Source of the DNA: an uncultured virus (IMG/VR IMGVR_UViG_3300032291_001634)
Lineage: Duplodnaviria; Heunggongvirae; Uroviricota; Caudoviricetes
Length of the DNA: 25,137 nucleotides
Strand: one strand, 5' to 3'
IMG/VR virus record: IMGVR_UViG_3300032291_001634
Position numbers and translations under genes: made by a program. How positions within the stretch are numbered: the stretch's first letter is position 1; each line of letters opens with the position of its first letter. Below, piece after piece: positions 9,770 to 18,487 of this stretch. The notes below the pieces were generated by a model. It was not told the origin of the DNA and made no database searches. It saw only the letters and a list, made by a program, of their open reading frames with translations.

Positions 9770-11428
9770 TTAGAAAAAAGCTGAATTTGATACTTCAACC
9801 TCTGGCATTACTAGGGACTGGGTTAGAGAACAAGCAATAGCTAAAGAGTCTACAAAGTCATCGTGGGCGTAGGATTCATCCGGAGCTTCGACTACAAAGT
9901 TTGGTCCTTTATATTTTATTTCAGCGTCTGTCATTTGCTGTATAAAACGTTTATGTACTCTTAGTCTACGTGTTTTTGCATGATTTGGGTAGCTAAGCGA
10001 ACGTCTTTGTATTAAAGCTTGTAAATGTTTAAATCTCTTAGATTGTTCGCTCTGGCTAGAGGTTAGGGGGAATACATCTGAACGTCCCAATAGTAGCTTA
10101 AGACGTTGGGCTACTGCGTCACCAACACCATTTGCGTCAACTCCAACTGCAAGCACGTCATAGTTAGAAAGGAAGTTTACTATTTGGAAGTATTGTTCTT
10201 CCCAGTCGTCGCCTTGTATTTCGAGCCAGTTAAGGACGCGGTGGTCAAAATAGCCAAACTCATCGGGTCTGTCCCAGTCCACCCAGACAACTGTGACAAC
10301 AGTGGAGTCCATTTTACGAGCAGGGTCGATTCCGACCACAACAGGGGTTTTATGCCATGTTTTGACGAGCTCTTGAGATGTGTCACCAAGCTCATCCAAT
10401 AAGGCAGTCGTAACAAACATGCCTCGTTCAAGTAGCCATTTGCAGTTGTACGACATTTGGAACTCATCTGAATCTTCTCCAATTCTTAACATCTCTTGTT
10501 TAATAAACGTTTTATAGTTTGTGTTGACCTTAGATACATCTTTCCAGTCCCATTGGAAATGGTTCTGTCTTCTGCCTCTTTCAGTCTGTAGTCTTTTGTT
10601 TAATTGAATAGCTTTATAGAAGTTATTCTTAGAGGTTGTTGGTGTGCCCGTCTTTACCATAATACCTGCATAGTAAGCTAGCATAGGTGCAATAGACTTA
10701 GACACAACAAAGTCATCTGCTTCCTGACACTCATCAATAACGATAAGATGGAACGACTTAGACTCAATCTTTGCTCTAGGGTTTGCAGTCATCATTGTTA
10801 TGCTACTGCCTGAGTTCTTTAGTCTAACCATTCTAGTTACACCACCGATTTTAGCAGCTTGGTCATCAATCTCTGGGTCACCTAGTAGCTCTTGTGCACG
10901 CTCAGATGTCAAACGGCTAACTGTACGGCCAAATAGAGTTTCGGCCTGGCCTTCAGTAGGAGCAAATAGTCCTACCCAAATTCCATTTTTATATTTATCT
11001 AAAAGCTCAGGATAGAGTACTGAAAGCTTAGGAAGTAGAACCATTAATGTGGCTACTGTGTTAGCAATTGTTTCAGATTTTCCTGACTGACGTGAAGCTA
11101 ATGCAGTTATTTCGTCACCTTTACCAATTAGAACAGCCTCAATAATTCTTTTAGCCAGTGGTTGTTGGTAATCATGTAAAGAGTGGCCTACTAGCCCTTC
11201 CATAAAAAGCATAATCTTATCAATTAATCGGTCAATAAAGTCCTGAGAAAAGACGTCTTCTTCTTCATCTTCTTCTTCAAATTCTTCAAGGTCTTCTAAG
11301 TTGCGATAAAACTCAGGGTCTATTTCTTCAAACTGCTCTTCTTCAGCATAGTCTTCTTCTACAGGGTCTAGGTCCCATGCAGAGGAGTCAAACTCTTGAT
11401 TATCTTCGTACTCTTCTTCAGGATTCAT
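9770..11428 (-). CDS. terL: Terminase large subunit
   Basis: Walker A SRQSGKS, Walker B LIVIDECQ, motif III TGTP, RNase H-like nuclease GIDPAR...HDDFVDSLA. Confidence 0.95.
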   Translation of the reverse strand: MNPEEEYEDNQEFDSSAWDLDPVEEDYAEEEQFEEIDPEFYRNLEDLEEFEEEDEEEDVFSQDFIDRLIDKIMLFMEGLVGHSLHDYQQPLAKRIIEAVLIGKGDEITALASRQSGKSETIANTVATLMVLLPKLSVLYPELLDKYKNGIWVGLFAPTEGQAETLFGRTVSRLTSERAQELLGDPEIDDQAAKIGGVTRMVRLKNSGSSITMMTANPRAKIESKSFHLIVIDECQEADDFVVSKSIAPMLAYYAGIMVKTGTPTTSKNNFYKAIQLNKRLQTERGRRQNHFQWDWKDVSKVNTNYKTFIKQEMLRIGEDSDEFQMSYNCKWLLERGMFVTTALLDELGDTSQELVKTWHKTPVVVGIDPARKMDSTVVTVVWVDWDRPDEFGYFDHRVLNWLEIQGDDWEEQYFQIVNFLSNYDVLAVGVDANGVGDAVAQRLKLLLGRSDVFPLTSSQSEQSKRFKHLQALIQRRSLSYPNHAKTRRLRVHKRFIQQMTDAEIKYKGPNFVVEAPDESYAHDDFVDSLAIACSLTQSLVMPEVEVSNSAFF

Positions 11429-11662
11429 TTATGCCCTAGTTTGCAATTCTTTTATAATAGCAAGGAGTGCTTCTGCACCTAGCAGAGCTTCATCAAGGGA
11501 GTCTTGGCTTTTGTTGCTTTGATAGTGTGTAATTTCTTTACCAATTACAAACAACGCGTTTTCAGACCATAGGACTAAATCAGACGTCCCAATCCCAGAC
11601 ACCCTCTTCTGTAGCTTGGTGGTTGGCTGGTATCCAGCCTTTTTCTTCTTGAAAATCTTCAT
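11429..11662 (-). CDS. Hypothetical protein (77 aa)
   Basis: Helical ORF whose stop abuts the terL start. Confidence 0.6.
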   Translation of the reverse strand: MKIFKKKKAGYQPTTKLQKRVSGIGTSDLVLWSENALFVIGKEITHYQSNKSQDSLDEALLGAEALLAIIKELQTRA

Positions 11663-11906
11663 CAGTTAGTACCCGTCCTTGTATCGCGTTATTTAATGCC
11701 GACTCTTCGTCTATTTGTTGTCCAGTCCATATACCAAAGACTACTGCTTTATGAAATGGAAGTCTAAAAATTAATGGTGTAGCTGTACGAAATGGGTCTT
11801 TAATTTCTTGAGTCCATCCTCGTACTACTAGTTTATACCCCCATTTTACAGGAAAGTCTATAAACTGTATAAATCTTTTTGTTCCGATGTCGTGTGTCCG
11901 TGGCAT
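11580..11906 (-). CDS. Hypothetical protein (likely start ATG 11906, MPRTHDIG)
   Basis: AAGGA RBS just after the upstream stop; overlaps the next gene by 83 nt. Confidence 0.6.
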   Translation of the reverse strand: MPRTHDIGTKRFIQFIDFPVKWGYKLVVRGWTQEIKDPFRTATPLIFRLPFHKAVVFGIWTGQQIDEESALNNAIQGRVLTDEDFQEEKGWIPANHQATEEGVWDWDV

Positions 11907-11913
11907 GTGTTCC

Positions 11914-12876
11914 TTATGGTCGTCTAGTTTTTCCTGCGTTTCTATTTGGGTTATACCCACCCTGTTTAGCAGCTTTATTCAAATCTCTTCTACGTTTAGC
12001 TCTAGTGTTTTGTCCAGAACCAATTGAAGGTCTTCCAGTGTTCTGGTTAATTGTAGCAGTTTTATTACGATGATAAATCTGAGCTGTTCTTGCAACTTTA
12101 TATATAAACTCTTGAGCTGTAGGGCTCAAGTTACTCATGTCTGCAGGACCATGTTTGTAAGCTAAAAGTTTACCGTCCATAGCTTGTCCACCGTTTTTAG
12201 TTTTACGGTTAAGCATTGGGCCTTTTGAAAAGGAATCGTGAAATTGAATCCATACAGAAGGTGGTACATCATAATAATTATAAAAGGTTCCATCACGAAA
12301 TACAACTGTTATTACACCTGTGTCTGTTTCTGGGTTATAGTCGTAACCTGCGGCTACTGTCCTTGGACGTCTCCAGTTTGTTGTTGAAGTGGGGATATCA
12401 GCTAGAGCTGAGGCAGCAGCCGGAGTTCCCTTATAAGTCCAACCAGACCTTTTACCTTGTGTTCTTTCTGGGGTCTCATACCCTGAACGTAGGTAGTAAT
12501 CAGCTGTGTAGCCTGCCTCATAGGGCACACCATTTTCATCATAAAACTCGTCTGGTTCTCCGGATAACTGTCTAACCAATGACCTATTTTTAGTCTGAGT
12601 GTTATTTATATTAAAAATAGCTTGTTGAATTTTAGCTTTATTGGAAGCTGTAGTTTCTGAGTCTAATCCACCAAGAAACCCTCGTTCATCATACGTTTCT
12701 CCGGCTAAGGCTCGTGCCGTACGAATTACATCTACGTCTGCAATAGGAGACTCAGAAATTTCTTTCATTACGCGTTTACTTGCGCCAAGTTGTTTACCAA
12801 CTGTATCAAATGCTTGAACGCCTGAACTCCCCAAGGCAAGTTTACCTTGGTTACTAGAGTTCAGGCGTTCAGCCAT
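11914..12876 (-). CDS. KTSC-domain-containing protein with basic flanks
   Basis: GYDYNPETDTGVITVVFRDGTFYNYYDVPPSVWIQFHDSFSKG matches the KTSC pattern. Confidence 0.7.
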   Translation of the reverse strand: MAERLNSSNQGKLALGSSGVQAFDTVGKQLGASKRVMKEISESPIADVDVIRTARALAGETYDERGFLGGLDSETTASNKAKIQQAIFNINNTQTKNRSLVRQLSGEPDEFYDENGVPYEAGYTADYYLRSGYETPERTQGKRSGWTYKGTPAAASALADIPTSTTNWRRPRTVAAGYDYNPETDTGVITVVFRDGTFYNYYDVPPSVWIQFHDSFSKGPMLNRKTKNGGQAMDGKLLAYKHGPADMSNLSPTAQEFIYKVARTAQIYHRNKTATINQNTGRPSIGSGQNTRAKRRRDLNKAAKQGGYNPNRNAGKTRRP

Positions 12877-12892
12877 TATTTAATACCTGTGG

Positions 12893-13594
12893 TTAGCTAG
12901 CAGCTGCGTATGGAGTTACTTCAACAGTTGAAGAAGTTGTCTGGTTTGCAGCAGTACCTGAGCCGTATGCTACAGACTTGATAGTTCCACCAACAGCAGT
13001 TAGACCTGCAACAGTTAGACCTGTAGTAGACAAGGCACCTGAAGTGGTAGTGGTAAAGGACACTGTGTTAGTAGCGGTTGCAATAACTGTCCAAGTACCG
13101 TTAAGAGCGGTGTCTGGAGATACTAGGCTTGCAATGGTAATCTTAGTGCCTACTGGGTACTTAGCTCCTGCACCTGAAGAGGTAACGGTAGCTGTAGTAC
13201 CAGTACGAGATACTGCAGTAATAGTTGATGCAGCGTTAGTTGCAGCGGTTGCGTTAGTTGTTACGGTTGCAAAGCCTGCATCCTTAAGTGCGTCAGTAGC
13301 CAAAGCAGTAGTTAGACCAACAACAGTAGGAACCTTCAAGAAGATTTCATCGTTCTGAATACCATCTGCTGGGCTGTCGCTGTCTACTGCTGAACCGTCA
13401 GTGTTTTCTACGTATAGAGGGTAGCCATTCCAGCCAACCTGTGCGATTACGTGGTTGTCTAGAGCAAAGTTTAGACGACCTGTTGCTGTGTCTGGACGCT
13501 GGTCGTTTGGCTGTAGAGGAAAGTTACCCCATACAAAGTCAACGACTACGTTTCCTGCATCATCTAGCAGGTTTCCATTATTATTTGTTGCCAT
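12893..13594 (-). CDS. Virion protein with PASTA-like domain (likely start ATG 13594)
   Basis: VPTVVGLTTALATDALKDAGF resembles a PASTA N-terminus; T/A/G-rich insert. Confidence 0.6.
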   Translation of the reverse strand: MATNNNGNLLDDAGNVVVDFVWGNFPLQPNDQRPDTATGRLNFALDNHVIAQVGWNGYPLYVENTDGSAVDSDSPADGIQNDEIFLKVPTVVGLTTALATDALKDAGFATVTTNATAATNAASTITAVSRTGTTATVTSSGAGAKYPVGTKITIASLVSPDTALNGTWTVIATATNTVSFTTTTSGALSTTGLTVAGLTAVGGTIKSVAYGSGTAANQTTSSTVEVTPYAAAS

Positions 13595-13596
13595 TT

Positions 13597-13839
13597 TTAT
13601 TCTTCTTCCTGATTGCAATCATGGGTGTTAAGTTCATCCTCGTAAAGAATGTCACCGCAGTATTTACAGCGAAACATTCTAATATCGTCTAGTGCTTCGT
13701 GTAAAGAGTCGGATTGTGGAAACTCGTCTTCTGCCCTAGGATTCTGCGCGAAAATCTCAGGAGGAAAGGGTCCACGAGGAGTAGAGTAGCCGCTAGGAAC
13801 GGTGTGTCCCTGAACAGCAAACTTACGAATGAGAGGCAT
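13597..13839 (-). CDS. Small zinc-finger-like protein
   Basis: CKYC...HDC at the C-terminus. Confidence 0.65.
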   Translation of the reverse strand: MPLIRKFAVQGHTVPSGYSTPRGPFPPEIFAQNPRAEDEFPQSDSLHEALDDIRMFRCKYCGDILYEDELNTHDCNQEEE

Positions 13840-13903
13840 TTACCCAACCTTCTTTAAGTCTAATACTAGAGTGCAGCATTTTGACATATTTTTCAGCCTA
13901 AAT

Positions 13904-14632
13904 TTAAACAACTTGTATGTTTGGTCTTTCAGCGTTTAAAACGTTTAGTTCTTCTCTTGTAGGTGTCTGTAAGTTCTTTCCCAGTCCACCTCTACGAACA
14001 TACGTCTTAGTAATTGGAGCTGGGTATTTTTCAGTTGCAGTTTGTGATGTAGGTGTAATAGTTTGAATTACACGGTTATCTGACTGAAGCATCTGTTGAC
14101 GAGATAAAGCAGAATTATATTCTAAATTGGTGTTTTTCCAATCAGCATATGCTGGGTTTGACACTGTTCTGCCATTAACTCGTCTTCCAATAGCAGGAGA
14201 TGTTTCAGATGGTCTGCCAAAAGGACGATTAACAGGTCTTGCTGAAGCTAATGTCTGGGCTTTACTTTCTCTGATAATCTTGCCGTCAGGGCCTTTGGCA
14301 AAACTAATTCTTGCTCTGTCCTGGGCTACTACTGGAGCTCGTTTATTACGGCCCCTACTGTCTTTTCCAACAACTACTACAGGTCCTCCACCAATACGGT
14401 ACATATCATTATCATGTCTAGTATCGGCTACTCTTTGCCCTAAAGCTGCTAATGGTTTAGTTCTCTTTAATCTGTCTGCAGCTTCTTGTCTTTCTTGAGT
14501 TGCAGTTTTTGGGGCTTTATTTTGAGTCCACTTAAGAAATTGTTCACTCATTCCTGCTCTAGGAACTTTAATCTTACTAAGGTTACCCTTGCTAGGAAGC
14601 CTGTATTGAACTGTTGCTGGTGCACTAGCCAT
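13904..14632 (-). CDS. Basic, probably disordered hypothetical protein (possible internal virion protein)
   Basis: 242 aa R/K/P-rich ORF coupled to the upstream gene. Confidence 0.6.
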   Translation of the reverse strand: MASAPATVQYRLPSKGNLSKIKVPRAGMSEQFLKWTQNKAPKTATQERQEAADRLKRTKPLAALGQRVADTRHDNDMYRIGGGPVVVVGKDSRGRNKRAPVVAQDRARISFAKGPDGKIIRESKAQTLASARPVNRPFGRPSETSPAIGRRVNGRTVSNPAYADWKNTNLEYNSALSRQQMLQSDNRVIQTITPTSQTATEKYPAPITKTYVRRGGLGKNLQTPTREELNVLNAERPNIQVV

Positions 14633-14972
14633 TTACTTTATCCTCAATCTTTTTAAACCGTTTATTGCCGTCTTCAAATCTAGAATCAATCTGCTCAAGT
14701 TTCTTTTCAACTCGATTTATTGCATCTTTCATAGAAGAGCCGCCGTTACGCTTTAATTCACCGTCAATACGGTTTAAGCGCTCCATGACACCAGGCACGG
14801 CGGAACGACCAGGTGCTGCAGGTTCTCCTGCCCAATCTCTCATAAAAGTATCCCAGTTATCCATAAGAGCGTGTAGACGGACGCATAGAGGCTTTAAAAG
14901 TCTCCAAAGCATTCCAAGTGCAGTTCCAACTGTTATAGCTCCTGCGGCCCAATATAAAGCGATTTCTTGCAT
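14625..14972 (-). CDS. Single-TM membrane protein, holin-like / lysis-cassette associated
   Basis: N-terminal TM, ELKRNGGSSMKDAINR motif and C-terminal coiled coil; close to the endolysin. Confidence 0.6.
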   Translation of the reverse strand: MQEIALYWAAGAITVGTALGMLWRLLKPLCVRLHALMDNWDTFMRDWAGEPAAPGRSAVPGVMERLNRIDGELKRNGGSSMKDAINRVEKKLEQIDSRFEDGNKRFKKIEDKVNG

Positions 14973-14973
14973 A

Positions 14974-15090
14974 CTACTTGATTCCCTTTTTTACTCGGTA
15001 GCCCCCACCAAAACCTTCTTCCATAGGACGTCCTGGCCCAGCCCACGAGATTTGTGAGCTGAGGGCAGGATGTCCTAGAGAACCTTGCAT
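14974..15090 (-). CDS. Putative 38-aa peptide MQGSLGHPALSSQISWAGPGRPMEEGFGGGYRVKKGIK
   Basis: Fills the gap exactly: 4 nt after the endolysin stop and 1 nt before the next ATG. Confidence 0.45.
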   Translation of the reverse strand: MQGSLGHPALSSQISWAGPGRPMEEGFGGGYRVKKGIK

Positions 15091-15094
15091 TTAT

Positions 15095-15628
15095 TTATGC
15101 CTTTTTAGTAGGCACAACTTTCTTTACTGCTGATACAACTTTTGCAGCAACAGTTTTCTTAGGTTCTACTGTGAAAAGAGTTAGAGGGTCAACTAGGCGC
15201 TCAAATGGTAGCAAGTGTGCTTCTACTCCTGAGAAGTTCTTACCCATTGTTGCTACAGTCATGTGTAGGTGAGCACCAGTTGATGCAGAACCTGACGGGG
15301 TGTTTCTTCCGCCACCAACTAGACCTAGTACAGTCTGTCCACCAACAACCTTGTCACCCTTCTTTAGGGTTGACTCCTTTGCCAAGTGTGCGTAAAGAAT
15401 CCAGTGCTTACCATCTTTTGATGAGTGAACAATGAAGTGGCCTAGAACGTCTGACCAGTCTGATAGACCGACAGTTCCGTCACAGATTGCCTTGATAGGT
15501 GAGTTCTCCTTTGGAGCCCAGTCCTGTCCACGGTGTGGACGTCCGTTGCGGTATGGTGCTAGATTACCTAGCTCATCTCCACGAGTCTTTGGTGGAAATG
15601 GCTCGTAATACTTTAGTTCTTCTGACAT
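15095..15628 (-). CDS. M23 family peptidase, probable endolysin
   Basis: HRGQD (HxxxD), YAHL and STGAHLH (HxH) motifs; basic C-terminal tail; GAAAGGA RBS. Confidence 0.9.
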   Translation of the reverse strand: MSEELKYYEPFPPKTRGDELGNLAPYRNGRPHRGQDWAPKENSPIKAICDGTVGLSDWSDVLGHFIVHSSKDGKHWILYAHLAKESTLKKGDKVVGGQTVLGLVGGGRNTPSGSASTGAHLHMTVATMGKNFSGVEAHLLPFERLVDPLTLFTVEPKKTVAAKVVSAVKKVVPTKKA

Positions 15629-15662
15629 GTTAATCCTTTCGAGGGTATATGTCTATTGTCGC

Positions 15663-15830
15663 TTATTCGTCGTTGTTTCGCAGTGGAAAAGTAACCAACC
15701 AGATAACGGAAGAGATAATGATACCCCAACCGACTACCTCTTTAGCGGTACCTTCCAGAACAATCCAAGCAACAAACATACCCAGCAAGGTCCAAATCTG
15801 ACCTATGATGTCGTTAAAGAAATTCTTCAT
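15663..15830 (-). CDS. Small 2-TM membrane protein (55 aa, likely start ATG 15830)
   Basis: MKNFFNDIIGQIWTLLGMFVAWIVLEGTAKEVVGWGIIISSVIWLVTFPL; starts 1 nt after the upstream stop. Confidence 0.7.
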   Translation of the reverse strand: MKNFFNDIIGQIWTLLGMFVAWIVLEGTAKEVVGWGIIISSVIWLVTFPLRNNDE

Positions 15831-15831
15831 A

Positions 15832-17487
15832 TTAGTTCTTTCTACTAGATGTTGAACTAGCGGCAGCGGCTGCTGCACTAGTGGCTGCTCCTGCGGCTGC
15901 CTGTACTGCTGCACCAACAGCAACTACAGACACGAGTACTTGTTTCTCTGCCATCTCACGCACTTTAGGCGACATGTCAGCACCGATGTTACCCGCAAAG
16001 TTAAATGCGTCTGTTAAACCAACAGCAAGGTTTCCAATAAGTGGAATTGCCGCTAATGCTTCATCTACAACAATATCGTCTGCTTGTGCAGCAACCATAA
16101 GTTGCTCAAGAGCTTCTTGGTATTCCTCAGACCCAGGCTCCGCTGTTTCAAAGGTTTCGTAAGCTACTGCCTTAAGCTCAGCTACTTCCTCAGTAGTTAA
16201 CTCAGAAGGGTCAATAGTAGAAGGGTCAACTTCAGTAATACTAGGAACTTCAGGTTCTACTGGCTCAGGAACAACTGGTGGCTCTGGCTCAGGTTCAGGC
16301 TCTACGGGAGGGTCAATAGGTGGGTCTACTGGAGGAACAACTATAGGCGTTGCATCAATAACGTCTTGTTCTAGACCAGCTATTGCGTTATTTGCTGCTA
16401 GCTCCCTAGCAATGGCTACTGCCTGTAGGGCTACTGCTTCGTCATACTTTTGTTGTGCAATATTTTTTACAGAGACTTTATCCAGCAAAATGGCTAAAAG
16501 AACTTCATCTTTTACTAAAGGAGCTACAGCACCAGGAATTAGTTCTGTAACAAAGTAAGTTTCGTAAAACCAAGTAGTTACTTCTTCCCAAGTGCTGACA
16601 TCTTCCCAGGTAGTAACTTCTTCATAGGTAGTCTCTGTTACGGTACGCTCTCCAAACCAACTTGGAGGAACAATAGTAGCTCCAGTATCAGCGGTTGAGT
16701 AATAAAGCCAAACATTTGCTCCACCACCATTTTCGTAGTAATACAAGGTGGTTGGGTAAAGAATGCCAGCTCTAATCCACATAGGCTCAGAAGTTGTCCC
16801 GCCGCCGCCTTTGTCGTACCAGTCATTGATAAGATTCATGCCAGCAATAGTCAGCTTGACCCCGTCATCCCCTGGAGCATAGAAGCTGTACCAACCATCA
16901 GTTGGCACCATAATGTTTCCCTCAAATGCTACAAGAACGTCCTCTGACTTACCAGAGTTCAGTACTTGTCCGCCACCCCACTGGAAGTTAATGTTTGGAA
17001 CATTCTGGGTATTTAGTGGAGTTTCGTTTACCGTTGGAAGTGGGGGAGCATTGTTGTACCCCTGGCGATTATATGATGTAGCAGTCAACCCACCTGGAAC
17101 TAAAGTAGTCGTAGTGTGCTCAACAATTGTAGTTGTAGGTACGCGTACGGTCTTTAGTACTAATTCAGTTTTAGGAACCAGACGTGTGTACTCAACCTCG
17201 TGGGTAGGGTGAACCCAAGTAGGGTCTGGCACTAGGTTTGTATCGTAGTTGCTCTGTGCGGTCTCTGCGTTTGTAGTAGCAGAGTTTAGCTCAGTCAAGT
17301 TGTTGGCTACTGTTTGGTCTGCTAGTTCCCTATTTAGGGTAGCATTAACTACCTCTTGCCTACCTGAAACAAGGGCGGCTTTGGCTTCTTCTAAAGTTTG
17401 GGCATACGCTGGCGATACAAATAGTAAAGGGAAGAAAGCGACAAATAATACCCCGAATAGTGCTGCGTATTTACGCAGGCTACTCAT
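15832..17487 (-). CDS. Exported PA14-domain protein with coiled coils, Pro-rich linker and C-terminal hydrophobic segment
   Basis: Signal peptide ending AYA-Q; NINFQWGGG, APGDDGVKLTI, INDWYDKG, YYENGGGA PA14 motifs; PEPEP linker. Confidence 0.8.
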   Translation of the reverse strand: MSSLRKYAALFGVLFVAFFPLLFVSPAYAQTLEEAKAALVSGRQEVVNATLNRELADQTVANNLTELNSATTNAETAQSNYDTNLVPDPTWVHPTHEVEYTRLVPKTELVLKTVRVPTTTIVEHTTTTLVPGGLTATSYNRQGYNNAPPLPTVNETPLNTQNVPNINFQWGGGQVLNSGKSEDVLVAFEGNIMVPTDGWYSFYAPGDDGVKLTIAGMNLINDWYDKGGGGTTSEPMWIRAGILYPTTLYYYENGGGANVWLYYSTADTGATIVPPSWFGERTVTETTYEEVTTWEDVSTWEEVTTWFYETYFVTELIPGAVAPLVKDEVLLAILLDKVSVKNIAQQKYDEAVALQAVAIARELAANNAIAGLEQDVIDATPIVVPPVDPPIDPPVEPEPEPEPPVVPEPVEPEVPSITEVDPSTIDPSELTTEEVAELKAVAYETFETAEPGSEEYQEALEQLMVAAQADDIVVDEALAAIPLIGNLAVGLTDAFNFAGNIGADMSPKVREMAEKQVLVSVVAVGAAVQAAAGAATSAAAAAASSTSSRKN

Positions 17488-17747
17488 TACTTGTCTTTTT
17501 TAGATTCTGCTAAAGCTGCTTCAGCTGAACTAGCAAACGCTACGTTAATTTCGTCTTTGTCCAGTTGTCCATCAACAACGTATGCACGAGCCAAAGACTC
17601 TGCTACTTCCATAATTCCAACAAAAGCTGCAATTGAAGCGGACTGCCATAGCTGGGCACCAAAGACTGAACCAGCGGCTAGCACACCGCTGACCTTTAGA
17701 ATTACAAGAGCAATAGTTCTTTTAAATATAATGAAGAAAAGTTTCAT
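17487..17747 (-). CDS. Small membrane protein (2 TM)
   Basis: Hydrophobic segments then DGQLDKDEIN; stop/start overlap with the PA14 gene. Confidence 0.7.
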   Translation of the reverse strand: MKLFFIIFKRTIALVILKVSGVLAAGSVFGAQLWQSASIAAFVGIMEVAESLARAYVVDGQLDKDEINVAFASSAEAALAESKKDK

Positions 17748-17839
17748 TTATGACCTCTAACTAATATTAAGATTCTACAGATTGTGCTGAAATTAGTAAG
17801 GGGATTGTGTTTTCTATATAAGGATACAAAAAAAGTTTG

Positions 17840-18199
17840 TTAATTACTTGGCATACCATTTAATCCAGAAGGATTACCAGTAACTCTAGTGTCTAGCCCA
17901 GCATCTTTAGCTAGTTGCATTGATTTTTGCTGTACTCCACTTAGATTTTTTACTGCACCTAAATTTGAGCCTGGCTCTAGTGATGCTGGGCTTACGTTAA
18001 GTTGACCGGATACAGAGTACGGCCACTGATAAAAAGCAAAAGTAGCACCAGTAGGTTCTCCTCTAGTTGAGCCTGGAACAGCGTATGGGCCAAGACCGCT
18101 AGCCAATTCTAGATTAGAGTCATCATATTGACCAAGGTCTGTAGCTTGTCCTGCATACATGCCCTTTGTGCGTTCTGTTAACTTACGTTGAGCTGGCAT
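17840..18199 (-). CDS. Hypothetical protein
   Basis: 119 aa ORF translationally coupled to the upstream ORF. Confidence 0.6.
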   Translation of the reverse strand: MPAQRKLTERTKGMYAGQATDLGQYDDSNLELASGLGPYAVPGSTRGEPTGATFAFYQWPYSVSGQLNVSPASLEPGSNLGAVKNLSGVQQKSMQLAKDAGLDTRVTGNPSGLNGMPSN

Positions 18200-18405
18200 T
18201 ACTGTCTGCCTGTGTATTCAACTTCTTTTGCACCTGAAGATTTATTTGGAGACATGCCTTCAAACTTTTGGTCTTGGTCGCTAGTTCCGTCATATTTAGG
18301 GTTGTCTTTAATAGCAATACCTTTATCACCCATTGAGCCGCTTTTATTTTCACTCTCTGGATTATAGTAAAATTCTTGCTTATAGCTTTTACAACCTGCA
18401 CACAT
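18199..18405 (-). CDS. Hypothetical protein (MCAGC N-terminus)
   Basis: GGAG RBS; coupled to the downstream ORF. Confidence 0.6.
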   Translation of the reverse strand: MCAGCKSYKQEFYYNPESENKSGSMGDKGIAIKDNPKYDGTSDQDQKFEGMSPNKSSGAKEVEYTGRQ

Positions 18406-18445
18406 AGTTTAACTCCATTAATCTTTAATATAAACATTATGACAG

Positions 18446-18482
18446 AAGTTAAGAGCCCCGCCAGTGTAAACCAGCGGGGCTC
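18446..18482 (-). terminator. Intrinsic terminator after the NlpC/P60 gene
   Basis: GAGCCCCGCTGG-TTTACA-CTGGCGGGGCTC then TTAACTT. Confidence 0.7.
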
Positions 18483-18487
18483 ATTTC

